64,000 nucleotides of DNA from Promethearchaeota archaeon (GTDB lineage Archaea > Asgardarchaeota > Lokiarchaeia > Sigyniarchaeales > SOKP01), in NCBI GenBank assembly GCA_016840085.1, contig JAEOTA010000012.1, positions 132,847-196,846 on the forward strand, written 5' to 3'. How positions within the stretch are numbered: position 1 is the first letter of the stretch; the number at the start of each line of letters is the position of its first letter. The notes beneath the pieces are model-generated. The model was given only the letters and a program-made list of their open reading frames with translations. It did no database searches and was not told the origin of the DNA. Positions 50,616-61,612 of the stretch are shown one piece after another. A program made the translations under genes and the position numbers.

Positions 50616-52793
50616 ATGCTTTCTTTCACTATTAATGAATTTTTATCATTAAAATTAGAAAATGGACGTTCTAATGTCTATGTAAAGGGAAGACGCTTTA
50701 GTCAATGCATGTATTTATTATTGAATATTCCTGTCTCCAAGGTTGACAGATATGAAGAGATTGATTCAATTGATAAAGCAGCAGAAGATTTAAATCATGG
50801 GATGCATGGACGAAGTTTAAGTTATCATATAACACCCAAGAAAGAATTTCTTGCTCACTGTTCTAATATCCAAGCTTGGGTGGAGAATAATTATGATACA
50901 CGCATTCTTCATAGGAATATTGCGTTTCCTCTATTGAGAGAATTAACAGAAGCAGGAGATATAAAAGCGAGACGTGTATTTAAAGATGAAATTGCATCAA
51001 GATTTGCTAGTGGACATTTACCAGTTATGTTATATCTGCTTCAAGGAGGATATTTACAAGTTTTAAACCGTGAAGAACTTGCCACTCTAATGAATGAACT
51101 GGATATGTCAAAATTTTATGATCAGAGGATAGAAATGTTATTCCCAATTATTCACCAGCTCACACGACTTGGTCATTACAATAGTAAGGAGATAATAAAA
51201 GATCAAATCAGACATAGATTCGAAGATGGGAATGCTCGTGATATTAATCATCTTATCCGTTGGAGATTCTATAGGTATTTTACGCCTGAGGAACAAAAGG
51301 AACTATTTAATAAGATAAATATTAATCATTTATTATTTCAAAGAGCCAGTCAGAGTCTTCCATTATTAAAACGTTTAGAAAGGCTTGGTCATAATAAAGC
51401 AAGCAAGATGATAGAACGGAAAATAATTACTAGTTTTCAAGAAAAAAGAATTTATGATATCAGGTTTATTATAAAACGACGTTTTTTACATAGATTACCA
51501 CACTCTAGACTTGAGGGATTATTTGATGAGTTCATACTAAAGCTTATATTTGATCCATCAGATAGAAATTCATTTTCCTGTCTAAAAAATTTACCTGATT
51601 ATATTATAAATAGCGAAAGAGCTTTTAAATTCATTACAACCGCATTAGCAGAAACTTTTTATGCCTACAAACGTCCTGCTGTCATAATTCTCATTGAACA
51701 TTTTTTTGAGAGAGGATATGATCTAATTGAAAAGACCGTCAAGCAAAATCAAAAAAAAATTAATAATGCTGTAATTGAAGCCTTATTAAATAAGGATTGC
51801 AAAGAAAGCGATGAACTTCTTAAATATATTGATTGGTCTCGGTATTGGAGAAAAGTCTTCCTTATGCTAGATGATAAACGGATTAGTGTAAAGGTAGCTC
51901 ACAGAATACTACTTAAAAATGATTTTATAGTTACTGACACTCGAAAAAACTACACTATATATGAATTTTGTAGTCACAAAGCATATAAGGATCTGAGTGC
52001 TCGGATAGATAAATTTAATGAAAATCAATTGGTGGAATTTAATATTATTGAAAGGGCTCTAATTCGGGATGCTCGAATAGATATACCCTCTTTACCCCTT
52101 CTCGATGTCAACTATGGATCAAACAAAAAATTTTCCATCATGCTTCACTTTACAAACTATATAAAAGAAATTATTTTTACTAATAGAAATTATTACCGTT
52201 ATTATTATAACCGTAGTGGAAGAACACAGAATTTAGCTGATGTTTTAAAAAAAAGAAATGTACTCCTCGAAGAAGCACTAGAAAGAAAACCTCAAGTCAT
52301 ACGTGCTTTCTATTCTGAATTTATTAAATTTAAGAAAAACTTGGAAAAATATCATCACGATTGTAAAACATTAAAAACTAGCATAAAAAAATATTTAGCT
52401 AGTACACCCCAACTTTCCCTAATTAAAGATCTTCATATTGAATATAAAGAAAAAACCATAGAGACCTTTAGGAAAGTATATCCTTCAACATTTAAACCAT
52501 CGTATGATGAAAAAACAAATACTTTAATCCTCTATGAAGCACACAAATGGGGAAAATTTCATGCTGATTCAAATATTAAAATTCATGAATCTGGTGTAGT
52601 GTTAATTTTTGTGAATACATTTGTTAATTATTCAAAACGTCATAATTATCATAACGCCCAAGTTTACTTTTTCTTTCCTAAATTAAAAAGATTTTATACC
52701 CGTAAAGCGAACATAGTTAGAAATATTAAAAACATTAGCAATTGGGATATTTCTATTACAAATCTATTTGGATATGAATTTCTGAAAAGTTAA
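50616..52793 (+). CDS. Large protein with a Lokiarchaeia-type N-terminal domain and internal helical repeats
   Basis: INEFLSLKLE...QC.YLLLNIP...IDSID...HCSNIQAWVENNYDTRILH; PLL..L...G...RF..G repeated about three times. Confidence 0.8.
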   Translation: MLSFTINEFLSLKLENGRSNVYVKGRRFSQCMYLLLNIPVSKVDRYEEIDSIDKAAEDLNHGMHGRSLSYHITPKKEFLAHCSNIQAWVENNYDTRILHRNIAFPLLRELTEAGDIKARRVFKDEIASRFASGHLPVMLYLLQGGYLQVLNREELATLMNELDMSKFYDQRIEMLFPIIHQLTRLGHYNSKEIIKDQIRHRFEDGNARDINHLIRWRFYRYFTPEEQKELFNKININHLLFQRASQSLPLLKRLERLGHNKASKMIERKIITSFQEKRIYDIRFIIKRRFLHRLPHSRLEGLFDEFILKLIFDPSDRNSFSCLKNLPDYIINSERAFKFITTALAETFYAYKRPAVIILIEHFFERGYDLIEKTVKQNQKKINNAVIEALLNKDCKESDELLKYIDWSRYWRKVFLMLDDKRISVKVAHRILLKNDFIVTDTRKNYTIYEFCSHKAYKDLSARIDKFNENQLVEFNIIERALIRDARIDIPSLPLLDVNYGSNKKFSIMLHFTNYIKEIIFTNRNYYRYYYNRSGRTQNLADVLKKRNVLLEEALERKPQVIRAFYSEFIKFKKNLEKYHHDCKTLKTSIKKYLASTPQLSLIKDLHIEYKEKTIETFRKVYPSTFKPSYDEKTNTLILYEAHKWGKFHADSNIKIHESGVVLIFVNTFVNYSKRHNYHNAQVYFFFPKLKRFYTRKANIVRNIKNISNWDISITNLFGYEFLKS

Positions 52794-53135
52794 AACTAAT
52801 TAACAAACTTATTTCAAAATACCTCCCACAACCGGCTACTTCCACCTCTGGGTAGGTTAAAATATATTTACTTTTTATTCCTATGATGTCATTATTATCA
52901 AGAAGATATTAACTATTCTTTTAATAATTAAAGTGAAAACTTAATGGAATCTATAAATTATATTATGTAAGTATGGGCGCCCAGCGGGGTACCATTTATC
53001 ATTAGGTAGGTAAAAATCGAAATATAAGTTTTGGGATTACAAAACTATATAGAGAAAAAGATAGTCTTGAAAATTATAAAAGACTACTATGATTATTAAT
53101 ATTCCTTATCTTACAAGCTTATGATATAATAATAA

Positions 53136-53381
53136 TCGAAAAGAAATAAAACAACTTATCCCGATATTATTGTTCATAAAAGAAGAAAAGATGAAAATAA
53201 TCTATTAGTCATTGAAATTAAAAAATCTACAAATCGCGATTCTGGAGATTCTGATAGAGCGAAACTCCAAGCACTTACAAAAGATCCTTATAACTATAAG
53301 TTTGGTCTTTTTATAAAAGTCGATATGGATGATGAAACTGATGATCTGGAGTGGTTTTATAAGAAGAATCAGAAAGAGTGA
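53136..53381 (+). pseudogene. C-terminal fragment of a PD-(D/E)XK protein related to 44919..45452
   Basis: Manual translation TYPDIIVHKR..ENNLLVIEIKK...DRAKL...YNYKFGLFI; no start. Confidence 0.65.
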
Positions 53382-53418
53382 GCGAATCTTTCTTAAAATT
53401 GAATGCTTTACAACATTG

Positions 53419-54987
53419 GACTATATCACAAGTCCTACTTACAAATTTAATAAACGAGATATTTCCCTAATAAATTCAATATTGTTTTCTTTAACCGTGT
53501 ATCGTCTTGCTTTAAGATCTTGATAATTTTTATAAACGGTTTTTGCTGCAATCCTGATGGGGATACGATAATCTGTTTCATTTAATTTTAATTCAATGAC
53601 TTCACTAGATTGTTTAATAATTAGGATTAATATTTTTTTTGAAGTTTTTCCATTTAAGCAATTGAATTCATGGAATTTAATTAATTCACTCATATTTTTG
53701 GTATATTTATTTAAAACATCTATTAGTGAATTTTTTTTGTTTTCAATGTCATCTAACCCAATTATTTTTCGAGGTTGTTTGTCTGATATACCAATAAAAA
53801 TTACACCTCCATCGGCATTCGCAAATGAAACAATATTATTGCATATATTTATTTCATTTTTTCTTTTAGCTTCTTTACTTTCGGGAGGTATTTTCCAAAA
53901 TTGAAATGTTTGCTTGCAATCCCAATATTGCATTTCTGAGTTATTTATAGTATATTCAATAAAGAATTTCCAAAATTTATCATCTTTAATAAGCATTTTG
54001 GGATTATTTAGATCTCTCAAGTGTGTCTTTAATGAATGTCCAATGGAATAGTATTTATTTATTAAATCTTTAATTTTTAAAAAGGGCTGATGTATTGTAA
54101 TAATTTTAATTGATTTTGGATAATTATTGTTAATTTCTTCTATCTGAGAATCAATTTTATTCATATAATAATTTGTTGTACCAGGAGATCCCATTAAAAG
54201 AGGTAAAATTATCCAACAGATATGATTATTCAATTTTAAGGAGATACTATAAGAAAACTCATCATGTTGGATTTTAAGAACTATAAGTTTATGACGGTCT
54301 TTTAATTGGGATAGATTATCATATTCTTGCGTTTGAACATATTTCAGAACTACATTTAGCATATCTATGTTTGGATGGGTATAACCTTCTGGTCCTATAA
54401 AATCAATACCATCATGATCGAACCACCATTTAATTGGATCATTTTTAGTTTGTAAATATTTAGATATAGTTTCCTCCAACAATGTTGTTTTGAGGTCTCT
54501 AGATTGAGATATATTAAGATTTAAATTAGTATAAGAAAAATTTGTTAATCCTATAAATTTCTCATAAGCATAAATATAGATTTGCCCTATAAAATTTTCC
54601 CTAAATTTTTCACTTTCTTTTAATTTTAATGAAACACTCCAATCAATGCTTAATGACTCTATAAACATTTCAAGGCTAACATCCCTATCACTCACAAATT
54701 CACGAATGTCTTTAAATTGGTAGTAATTTAGCCCAATTGAATCAAAGAAAGATTTTATATATTCTTTTAATTCAGAAATATATTTATCAACAACATTTTG
54801 CATATAAAATTCTATTCCTCTATTTTTATTTATTATATTATAAGCGAATTGATTAGAATTATGAGTTTTGATGAAAATATTCTCTAATGACTAAATGTTA
54901 ATCTTACTCTTATTAATTTTTTGGAGTAAATTGAATTTTTAATATTAAATAATAGTGATCCTGTGTAGACTATATCACAAATCCTAC
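53419..54987. repeat. 20-bp direct repeats (1 mismatch) bracketing the Schlafen gene
   Basis: GACTATATCACAA(G/A)TCCTAC at 53419-53438 and 54968-54987. Confidence 0.8.
53439..54803 (-). CDS. Schlafen/AlbA_2-domain protein with an unknown N-terminal region
   Basis: SEMQYWDCK...IVSFANADGGVIFIGISD...IIGL...IRI. Confidence 0.85.
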   Translation of the reverse strand: MQNVVDKYISELKEYIKSFFDSIGLNYYQFKDIREFVSDRDVSLEMFIESLSIDWSVSLKLKESEKFRENFIGQIYIYAYEKFIGLTNFSYTNLNLNISQSRDLKTTLLEETISKYLQTKNDPIKWWFDHDGIDFIGPEGYTHPNIDMLNVVLKYVQTQEYDNLSQLKDRHKLIVLKIQHDEFSYSISLKLNNHICWIILPLLMGSPGTTNYYMNKIDSQIEEINNNYPKSIKIITIHQPFLKIKDLINKYYSIGHSLKTHLRDLNNPKMLIKDDKFWKFFIEYTINNSEMQYWDCKQTFQFWKIPPESKEAKRKNEINICNNIVSFANADGGVIFIGISDKQPRKIIGLDDIENKKNSLIDVLNKYTKNMSELIKFHEFNCLNGKTSKKILILIIKQSSEVIELKLNETDYRIPIRIAAKTVYKNYQDLKARRYTVKENNIEFIREISRLLNL

Positions 54988-55284
54988 AAGAAAATGGGAG
55001 GTGATTTTCTTTAGTTTTTAAGTTTTAATTATTTCAATTTATATATTATTATAAGAGAACCAAAATTATGTGATAAAAAATGCAGGAAAAATCTAAAGAA
55101 GAATTAACTATTTTTACAGGTCAATTAGAAGGATTAATAGCAGATCTAGATTCTAAGGTTTATGAACTTTTTGATTAATTATAAGAAAAAGTTGATGGAA
55201 TGGAAAAAAATATAAATGAATTAGACGATAGAATCACTGAACTTGAAAAAGGCTAAAAGAACAGAATCATAATGATTATCTGAA

Positions 55285-55818
55285 TTAAACTAAGTTAATA
55301 TCAAAAAATTCTTTACAATACTGTTTAATCTCTGAAATAATTTTCTGTTTTATTTTTTTATGATCATCTGGTGCATATGGTTTAAGTATTTCAAGTTTAT
55401 CATGTGTAATAACATATCTTCCATGTAATATACTTAAAGGCGTTTCTGATTGAATCCCAAAATACTTTAAATCTTCGCTGTGACTTTTTAAAAAGGCTCT
55501 CGTTTCAGTTATCCTTCTTTGATTTAAATCTATTTTAAATGGACTTTCAATATTTCCTTCAAAGCTGATCATATAACTTTTATAATTCCCTCTATCACTT
55601 GGTTCACTTATGAATATAATCTCATTAATACTTTTCTTTATAACATTAAAGATTTTCTGGATTCTTCTATTTCGGGTAATTTCGTCTTTTCTAAGTATTC
55701 TTTCTAACCTTTCATTGGCTTTTTTGATATTTTTGATGTTGAACCATATAACAATAATTATAGCTATACCTGTAAGAATTATTCCTATTATTTCTAAAAT
55801 TAAATCGATTTCTGCCAT
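55285..55818 (-). CDS. Membrane-anchored hypothetical protein (related to 36182..36787)
   Basis: N-terminal TM segment, coiled-coil, RGNY motif. Confidence 0.65.
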   Translation of the reverse strand: MAEIDLILEIIGIILTGIAIIIVIWFNIKNIKKANERLERILRKDEITRNRRIQKIFNVIKKSINEIIFISEPSDRGNYKSYMISFEGNIESPFKIDLNQRRITETRAFLKSHSEDLKYFGIQSETPLSILHGRYVITHDKLEILKPYAPDDHKKIKQKIISEIKQYCKEFFDINLV

Positions 55819-55940
55819 AAAATATAGATTGAATTTATTGTATTAATACCTTTATCTTGTTTTTTTCTGAAAATTAATACGATAAAATATGAACTTTACA
55901 AAAATTCTATGGAAAAATTAATGCTCATGAAACTTATTCA

Positions 55941-56267
55941 ATGTTCATAGTAAGTAGTATTTGGAGATTAAAGAGTGGTGGTAGATTAGGTTTTATTACC
56001 AGTGATTCATTTTTAACCCTAAATACTCATACAAAACTGAGGGAATTTATTTTAAATTCATGTAAAATAAAGGAAATTCTTCTTGCACCAAAACACTTGT
56101 TTGATAATCAAAATACCAGCACTAGTACAGTAATTATTATATTGGAAAAATGTTCTGGAAAAGAAAATAGGGTTAATAGATTAGAAAAGAAAATAAGAAT
56201 GAAAATCAATCATTCTTTTTTTAACAAGATAAATTGCTTCATCATTAATGTCTTTAGCCCCAATTAA
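55941..56267 (+). pseudogene. Fragment of an Eco57I/type IIG DNA methyltransferase
   Basis: LKSGGRLGFITSDSFL...KLREFIL...LF...TVIIILEK; motifs I and IV are absent. Confidence 0.75.
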
Positions 56268-56832
56268 CTCAAATCCAATATTATTAAAAAAATCTTGTGC
56301 TACTAAAAAATCTTTAGCAAATTTCCTCTCAAGATTCATTTCTAAAGACTTCATCAAGTACAATAAACACACATTACATATTTAAACCTTTTGGCAAATA
56401 TGTCCAAAATCAATTGAAAAAAGTAGAAATTTGCATAATTTTTTGAGAGTTGAGTAAACGCTTTAATCAAATAATTATTAATAAATTGATTTAAAAAGGG
56501 AAAATTAATACCTAACTAACTATCTATTATACTATTTAACCAGAATTTAATAAAATTTATAAAGGGTAAATATAAAATATTAAAATGAGATATATGAAGC
56601 AAAAAATTCTACGATTCTATTGAAGTGAGAAGAATGATTAGTACCTGATAAATGATAAAATAATCCTACTTTTTCTAAATTTTGTGTTTAAATTTTTTCA
56701 GAAATCTTTAATCAATCTAAGTTGTTTTTCTACTTCTATTTTTACATCCAATTTGCATTATTATAATTTTTTGCAGTCATGGATCTCAATCCATATTGAT
56801 AAAATAAAATTAATTTAAAGGAGGTGAATTAA

Positions 56833-57066
56833 ATGGAAAACTATAGATTCCACTGGAAGATTTCAGAAGAAAATAAAGAAAGATTAACTAAACCTACGGA
56901 GATTATAAGAATTGCTTTAGAAAATGAAGGATTTATTAATGCAAGAGTTTCAAATAGCCGAAGGATAGATCCTCCCGATACTCCGATTAATCTTATTGCC
57001 CTTGGTTTCATAAAAGAAGATGTACAATATAGGATATCCATTGAAATTATGGAATCTAAAAACTAG
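56833..57066 (+). CDS. Small hypothetical protein
   Basis: Strong SD GGAGGTGA before ATG. Confidence 0.65.
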   Translation: MENYRFHWKISEENKERLTKPTEIIRIALENEGFINARVSNSRRIDPPDTPINLIALGFIKEDVQYRISIEIMESKN

Positions 57067-57766
57067 TTCTTCTTAGCTTAGAAAAAGTAAAATATTAAAT
57101 TCTAATATCTTTATATTTTTTTTTAATTCTAATATATAGGTGATAAGAAGAGACTTGAGAACATCAGAATTAAAAAAAATAAATAATGGGAAATAATTCG
57201 TAGAATTAGTTATTCGTTTTTTTTATTTGTTCTTCTTTTCATTGAAGATTTTAGGTTTCAACCACAAATAAAACAATGGCCATGTTTATGAGTTAATCTT
57301 TTATATTTATTTCTTCCCTTTATATAGGTTCTAGACATATCGAATTAACTGTATTGGGTTATGAAATCAAACTTATCTCGCTTAAATTTTTCTTTGAAAT
57401 AAATAGTTCCTAGCAATAATGTTAAGTGAATTTTCTTCTATGCCTGTCTGATATTTTTTTTGAAATCAAGACAAATGTAAGGTTGGATTCAACGACAATA
57501 TTTAAAAAGTAATGGCAATGTATTCAAAAACTACATAGAGGATTATCATTTTAGTTCCTTAAAGCTAACCACTTATTGCACTGAAACAATTCAATACTTT
57601 TTTGAAAAGAAATTTTCAAAGGTGAAAATTAAAGGAAGTATATCAAAAATTAACTCTGATACATTTAAAGAGATATCCATTATTTATTTTATTTGAAGTT
57701 TACCAAAACATTTAAATCTCGGCTTAACATAATATATTATAGAAGAGGTTTTTTAAGATTTTCAAA

Positions 57767-59236
57767 ATGGTTGAAACAAAAGTAAAATATTATGAGAAAA
57801 AAGTTATTAGAAGAACTCTTGGCATGCATTTGACTTCAAAAGATATATTTAGAGATTACATTTTTCCTTCAATAAAAGATAAATATTATGATTTTCTCTG
57901 GGTTGATCTCTATGCAGGTGAGGGAAATCTGATTTTACCAATGCTTAATTCAATTCCTGAATCAAAAAAAATTAAATTTTTTTCTAAACACCTATTCATG
58001 TTTGATATTCAAGAGGAAATGGTTGATAAGTGCATTGAAAATGCCGAATCTTATGGAATCCCTCGCAATATAGCAGAAAAAAATATTCTCCAATATGATA
58101 GCCTTGCTAATTTTCCAAAATTTTTGAAAGAAAAACCGTTTCCAATATTTCATGTTACAAATCCACCATATCTATACTTAGGCTATATTAAAAAGCATAA
58201 AGAGACTCAACGGCATTTAAAATACTTCAAGGATGAAAATACAGGTTATCAAGATCTCTATCAAGTTGCCATGATGAATGATTTAAGAAATAATGTGAAA
58301 AAACTCATTTATATAATACCGAGCAATTTTATTTTTGGATCATCTGTATCAAATAAGTTCAGGTTAGATTTTCTCATATACTACGATATTTCTAATATGT
58401 ACATCTTTGAAAAGAAAATTTTTAAACATACTGGAACTAATATATGTATCTCATTTTTTGAAAGGAAGGAAAGACCAAAAAGGCAAACCGTTAGCTTTAG
58501 AGGAATTAAAATAAAGAAAAATAAAGAACTTAAAATTACATATTATTTAAAACCCGAATTCAAATATCGTGCTGGAGCGGAATTTGATGAATTTTTAATG
58601 AATTTTCGGACGAATAAGCCTCTCATCGTAAAATACTACTTGCAAAATAAAGAAGTTTACAACAATAGAGGATCATTTGGTATCGATGTGATAGATACCA
58701 GTAATTATGTTTCGAATCAATATAAATTACTTAAAATTTATCTAAACAAGAATCTTAGGGATAAAGTTAAATCAAATATCTTGTACATCCGTACTGTGGA
58801 TACAGGGGGAAATGATAAAAGAGCAGGAGTGTATGAAATTAAAAAGGATTTTAAAGTTGATGGTATTTATGTATCTAAAGCGACTTATAGGACATCACCG
58901 ATACAGATTTTTCTAGAACCCCAAATCTCATATCAAGACCAGATTATATTGAAAGATTTCTTTAATTTTATCTTGGAATATTTTAGAGAGAAATTAGATA
59001 GCGAGTTTCTCACTACTTATAAGTATTCTAATTCAAAATATACGAGGAAATATCTTGGTCTTACACAAGTAAGAAGCTTGATTGAAACATTCCCCATTTT
59101 AAGCTTAAACAAAAATTATAAGGAACATTTGAGACTCTTGATTGAGAATAAAAATTATTCAGAACTTAAAGAATTTATAAAGAGTTTTTGTTCTAATGGA
59201 AGTAGAAAAATTACTTGTTTTATTAGAAATAATTAA
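57767..59236 (+). CDS. N6-adenine DNA methyltransferase (motif I before motif IV, gamma-like)
   Basis: VDLYAGEGNL, FDI, TNPPY, DLY, YIIPSNF. Confidence 0.88.
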   Translation: MVETKVKYYEKKVIRRTLGMHLTSKDIFRDYIFPSIKDKYYDFLWVDLYAGEGNLILPMLNSIPESKKIKFFSKHLFMFDIQEEMVDKCIENAESYGIPRNIAEKNILQYDSLANFPKFLKEKPFPIFHVTNPPYLYLGYIKKHKETQRHLKYFKDENTGYQDLYQVAMMNDLRNNVKKLIYIIPSNFIFGSSVSNKFRLDFLIYYDISNMYIFEKKIFKHTGTNICISFFERKERPKRQTVSFRGIKIKKNKELKITYYLKPEFKYRAGAEFDEFLMNFRTNKPLIVKYYLQNKEVYNNRGSFGIDVIDTSNYVSNQYKLLKIYLNKNLRDKVKSNILYIRTVDTGGNDKRAGVYEIKKDFKVDGIYVSKATYRTSPIQIFLEPQISYQDQIILKDFFNFILEYFREKLDSEFLTTYKYSNSKYTRKYLGLTQVRSLIETFPILSLNKNYKEHLRLLIENKNYSELKEFIKSFCSNGSRKITCFIRNN

Positions 59237-60056
59237 TTAATCTCTCATTTTCAACATCTTCTCCTACAAATGTGGCGTTTTCACTAATTTTGAAGAAAAG
59301 TTCTTCTAACAATAAAGCACTTATAATTATTTGCGAATCATCAGATGTCTCTATAGCCATATACATTTGTTCCCCCGATCTACGCCAACAATACCCATCG
59401 ATTATTGATAGTGGTATTACACCAGCTTGCCTTGAATATCTCTCTGATATCTTCAATGCTTCCTTAAAACTTTTTCCCTGATACCCCCCTGAACTAGATA
59501 TAAATTTCGCTTCACCTACGATATATATATCATTAATTTTAACAAATACATCTATATTCTTTTCATTTCCATTATAACCAATTAATTCTTCTGCGTTTCT
59601 CTTTCTTTCCTCCCTGCTTTCTCCAAGGATTTGTATTGAAGAATTTATTGAAAATTTATTGTAAAACCATTCATTGAATGCATTTCCTAATTGCCGGCTA
59701 GATTTTATTGGTACTATACAATTCTTAATAAGTTTATTTATATCAATATTCATAAGAAGGTTTCCAATCTCTTGAATAACATTTGGATTATTTTCAAACC
59801 ATAAAGGTTCATCTCTTAAACATTTGGCATATAAACATTCTATGGGGAATTTTAATTTATTATATTTTACGACTCTATTCAACAACGAAATTAGATTTAT
59901 ATGATCTTCTTCATTATAAGCTTGTCGAATTTGTATCTCATCTTCAAATGGAATTTCTCTAAGTGGATTGGATCTTATTGGGTAAATTTCTAGGATTTTA
60001 TCTAAATATCCATTACTATAAGCTAAAGCCATAGATTTTTCTGTCCAATTATTCAA
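59223..60056 (-). CDS. Type II restriction endonuclease, Tsp45I-like
   Basis: MNNWTEKS...YLD....YP, FPI..Y, P...RQLG, D.FVK....VGEAKF...GG.Q; convergent with the MTase. Confidence 0.75.
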   Translation of the reverse strand: MNNWTEKSMALAYSNGYLDKILEIYPIRSNPLREIPFEDEIQIRQAYNEEDHINLISLLNRVVKYNKLKFPIECLYAKCLRDEPLWFENNPNVIQEIGNLLMNIDINKLIKNCIVPIKSSRQLGNAFNEWFYNKFSINSSIQILGESREERKRNAEELIGYNGNEKNIDVFVKINDIYIVGEAKFISSSGGYQGKSFKEALKISERYSRQAGVIPLSIIDGYCWRRSGEQMYMAIETSDDSQIIISALLLEELFFKISENATFVGEDVENERLINYF

Positions 60057-60803
60057 ATTCTCACCAAACTGATTATATTTTTACTATACATGAAGAAATA
60101 ATGATATAAAAGACTATCTATATAATATCTAAACCTCTATTCGATAAAACTCTGATTTAATTATGACTTTCAATATCATTCTTTTTTATAAGTATTTTGA
60201 GGTTTGGCAAAACAATTTCACAAAAAACTAATAAGTAAAGGGGAAACGAATTTTCTACCTTTAGTAACTATTGAACTAAAACAGGGACTAAATATTAATT
60301 TTGATAAATCTATATTTGAGTTAATGATTCAATAATAATTACAAGATAATAAGATCTTTAAATAAGGCAAAAAATTGGAAAATTAAACCTTATAGAGAGG
60401 AGTAACCATTATTTTACCTTTGTGCTACTAACGATAAAAATTAGTTTCCTCTCTACAGAAAGTTAACGAGTTAACTATATCACACCAAATCTCTGAGATT
60501 ATATACTCAGAATCTTCTAACTTATTGTCTATGTTTTAGGAAATTTATAGAAAAAGCTTTTTGAAAAAATTTTTTTTTACATGGTATAATAGATAAGAAT
60601 TCCGGGCTTACTTTTCTTAAATTGACCAACAAAATAAAAGGCTAAAAAAAGATTATGGATCCATAACCAAACCGTTCTACTTATGATATTACAAAACTTA
60701 GTGTAGTGGAAGAATTATTAAAAGGATTCAACATACCGTATCGACTTTTAAAAACAGGGGATTTAGATATGGACTTAGAAGAAATATTATTAAAGAAAAA
60801 ATT

Positions 60804-61189
60804 GAATTAAAAGAAGCTAAACAGAGTTTTCGTCATTTATTTGAAATCTCTCCATATTCAGTTGTATTGTTGGACTTTAAGGGAAGAATAATAAAATGTA
60901 ATCCTGCGACTGAAAAATTATTTAAATATAAAGAAGAGGAGCTCATAGGTAAAAACTTTCTTGAATTCATTACATTCCCTTCTAATTCTCTTTCTATACT
61001 TGAAGAAGCGTATAAACAACTAACAAAAGGAAAAAATTAGCACCCTTTGAAATTCAATGTTTTACAAAAGAGGGAGGATTAGTTTGGGTTCGAACTTCTG
61101 CTACTTTAATAAGATTCTACAACGAAATTTTAATTCAAGTCATATCTCAAGAAATCACTGAAGCAAAATCATTTAAAAAGGAAATATAA
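60804..61189 (+). pseudogene. PAS-domain sensor remnant
   Basis: FRHLFEISPYSVVLLDFKGRIIKCNPATEKLFKY..EELIGKNF; frameshifted before the G.LVWV part. Confidence 0.75.
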
Positions 61190-61243
61190 TCTCTGTAAAT
61201 TATTAAAAAATAGCCATCAAAGACCAGATGAATTTATATCCAG

Positions 61244-61612
61244 TCAAATTGATATAAATGTAGTTTTTATTGTTTCAAATTGATAATACTTACCTGCTGA
61301 AGGTTTAAATTCATATGTTTTAATAATTCTATTTTTTCTAATAGAATCAATTAAATTTCTATAGTTTAAATTATTAAACTTGAATACTGTAGCCTCTCTA
61401 CCTATTCTATGATAATTTGCAGAATGGCTATCTGAGTTAGAAATAATAGAAATATTATCTAAATCTGAAATACTCCTTATCATTATCGGATCTGCACTTA
61501 ATCCCATTTCTATAGTAATAATATGTTTCATTCCATCGCCTAATGCTTCTTTCAAATTATTAAATTGAAGTTTATCCCCAAATGTGCCAATATAAGATAT
61601 AATATTTTCCAA
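61244..61612 (-). pseudogene. PHP-domain (endonuclease Q-like) fragment
   Basis: EMGLSADP.M...LD...ISNSDSHS...RIGREAT...GKY; upstream part disrupted. Confidence 0.75.

Noticed and set aside
52974-52994. GGGCGCCCAGCGGGGTACCA as a tRNA 3' fragment (att site)
   Set aside because: No T-arm GTTCRA motif and no cloverleaf.
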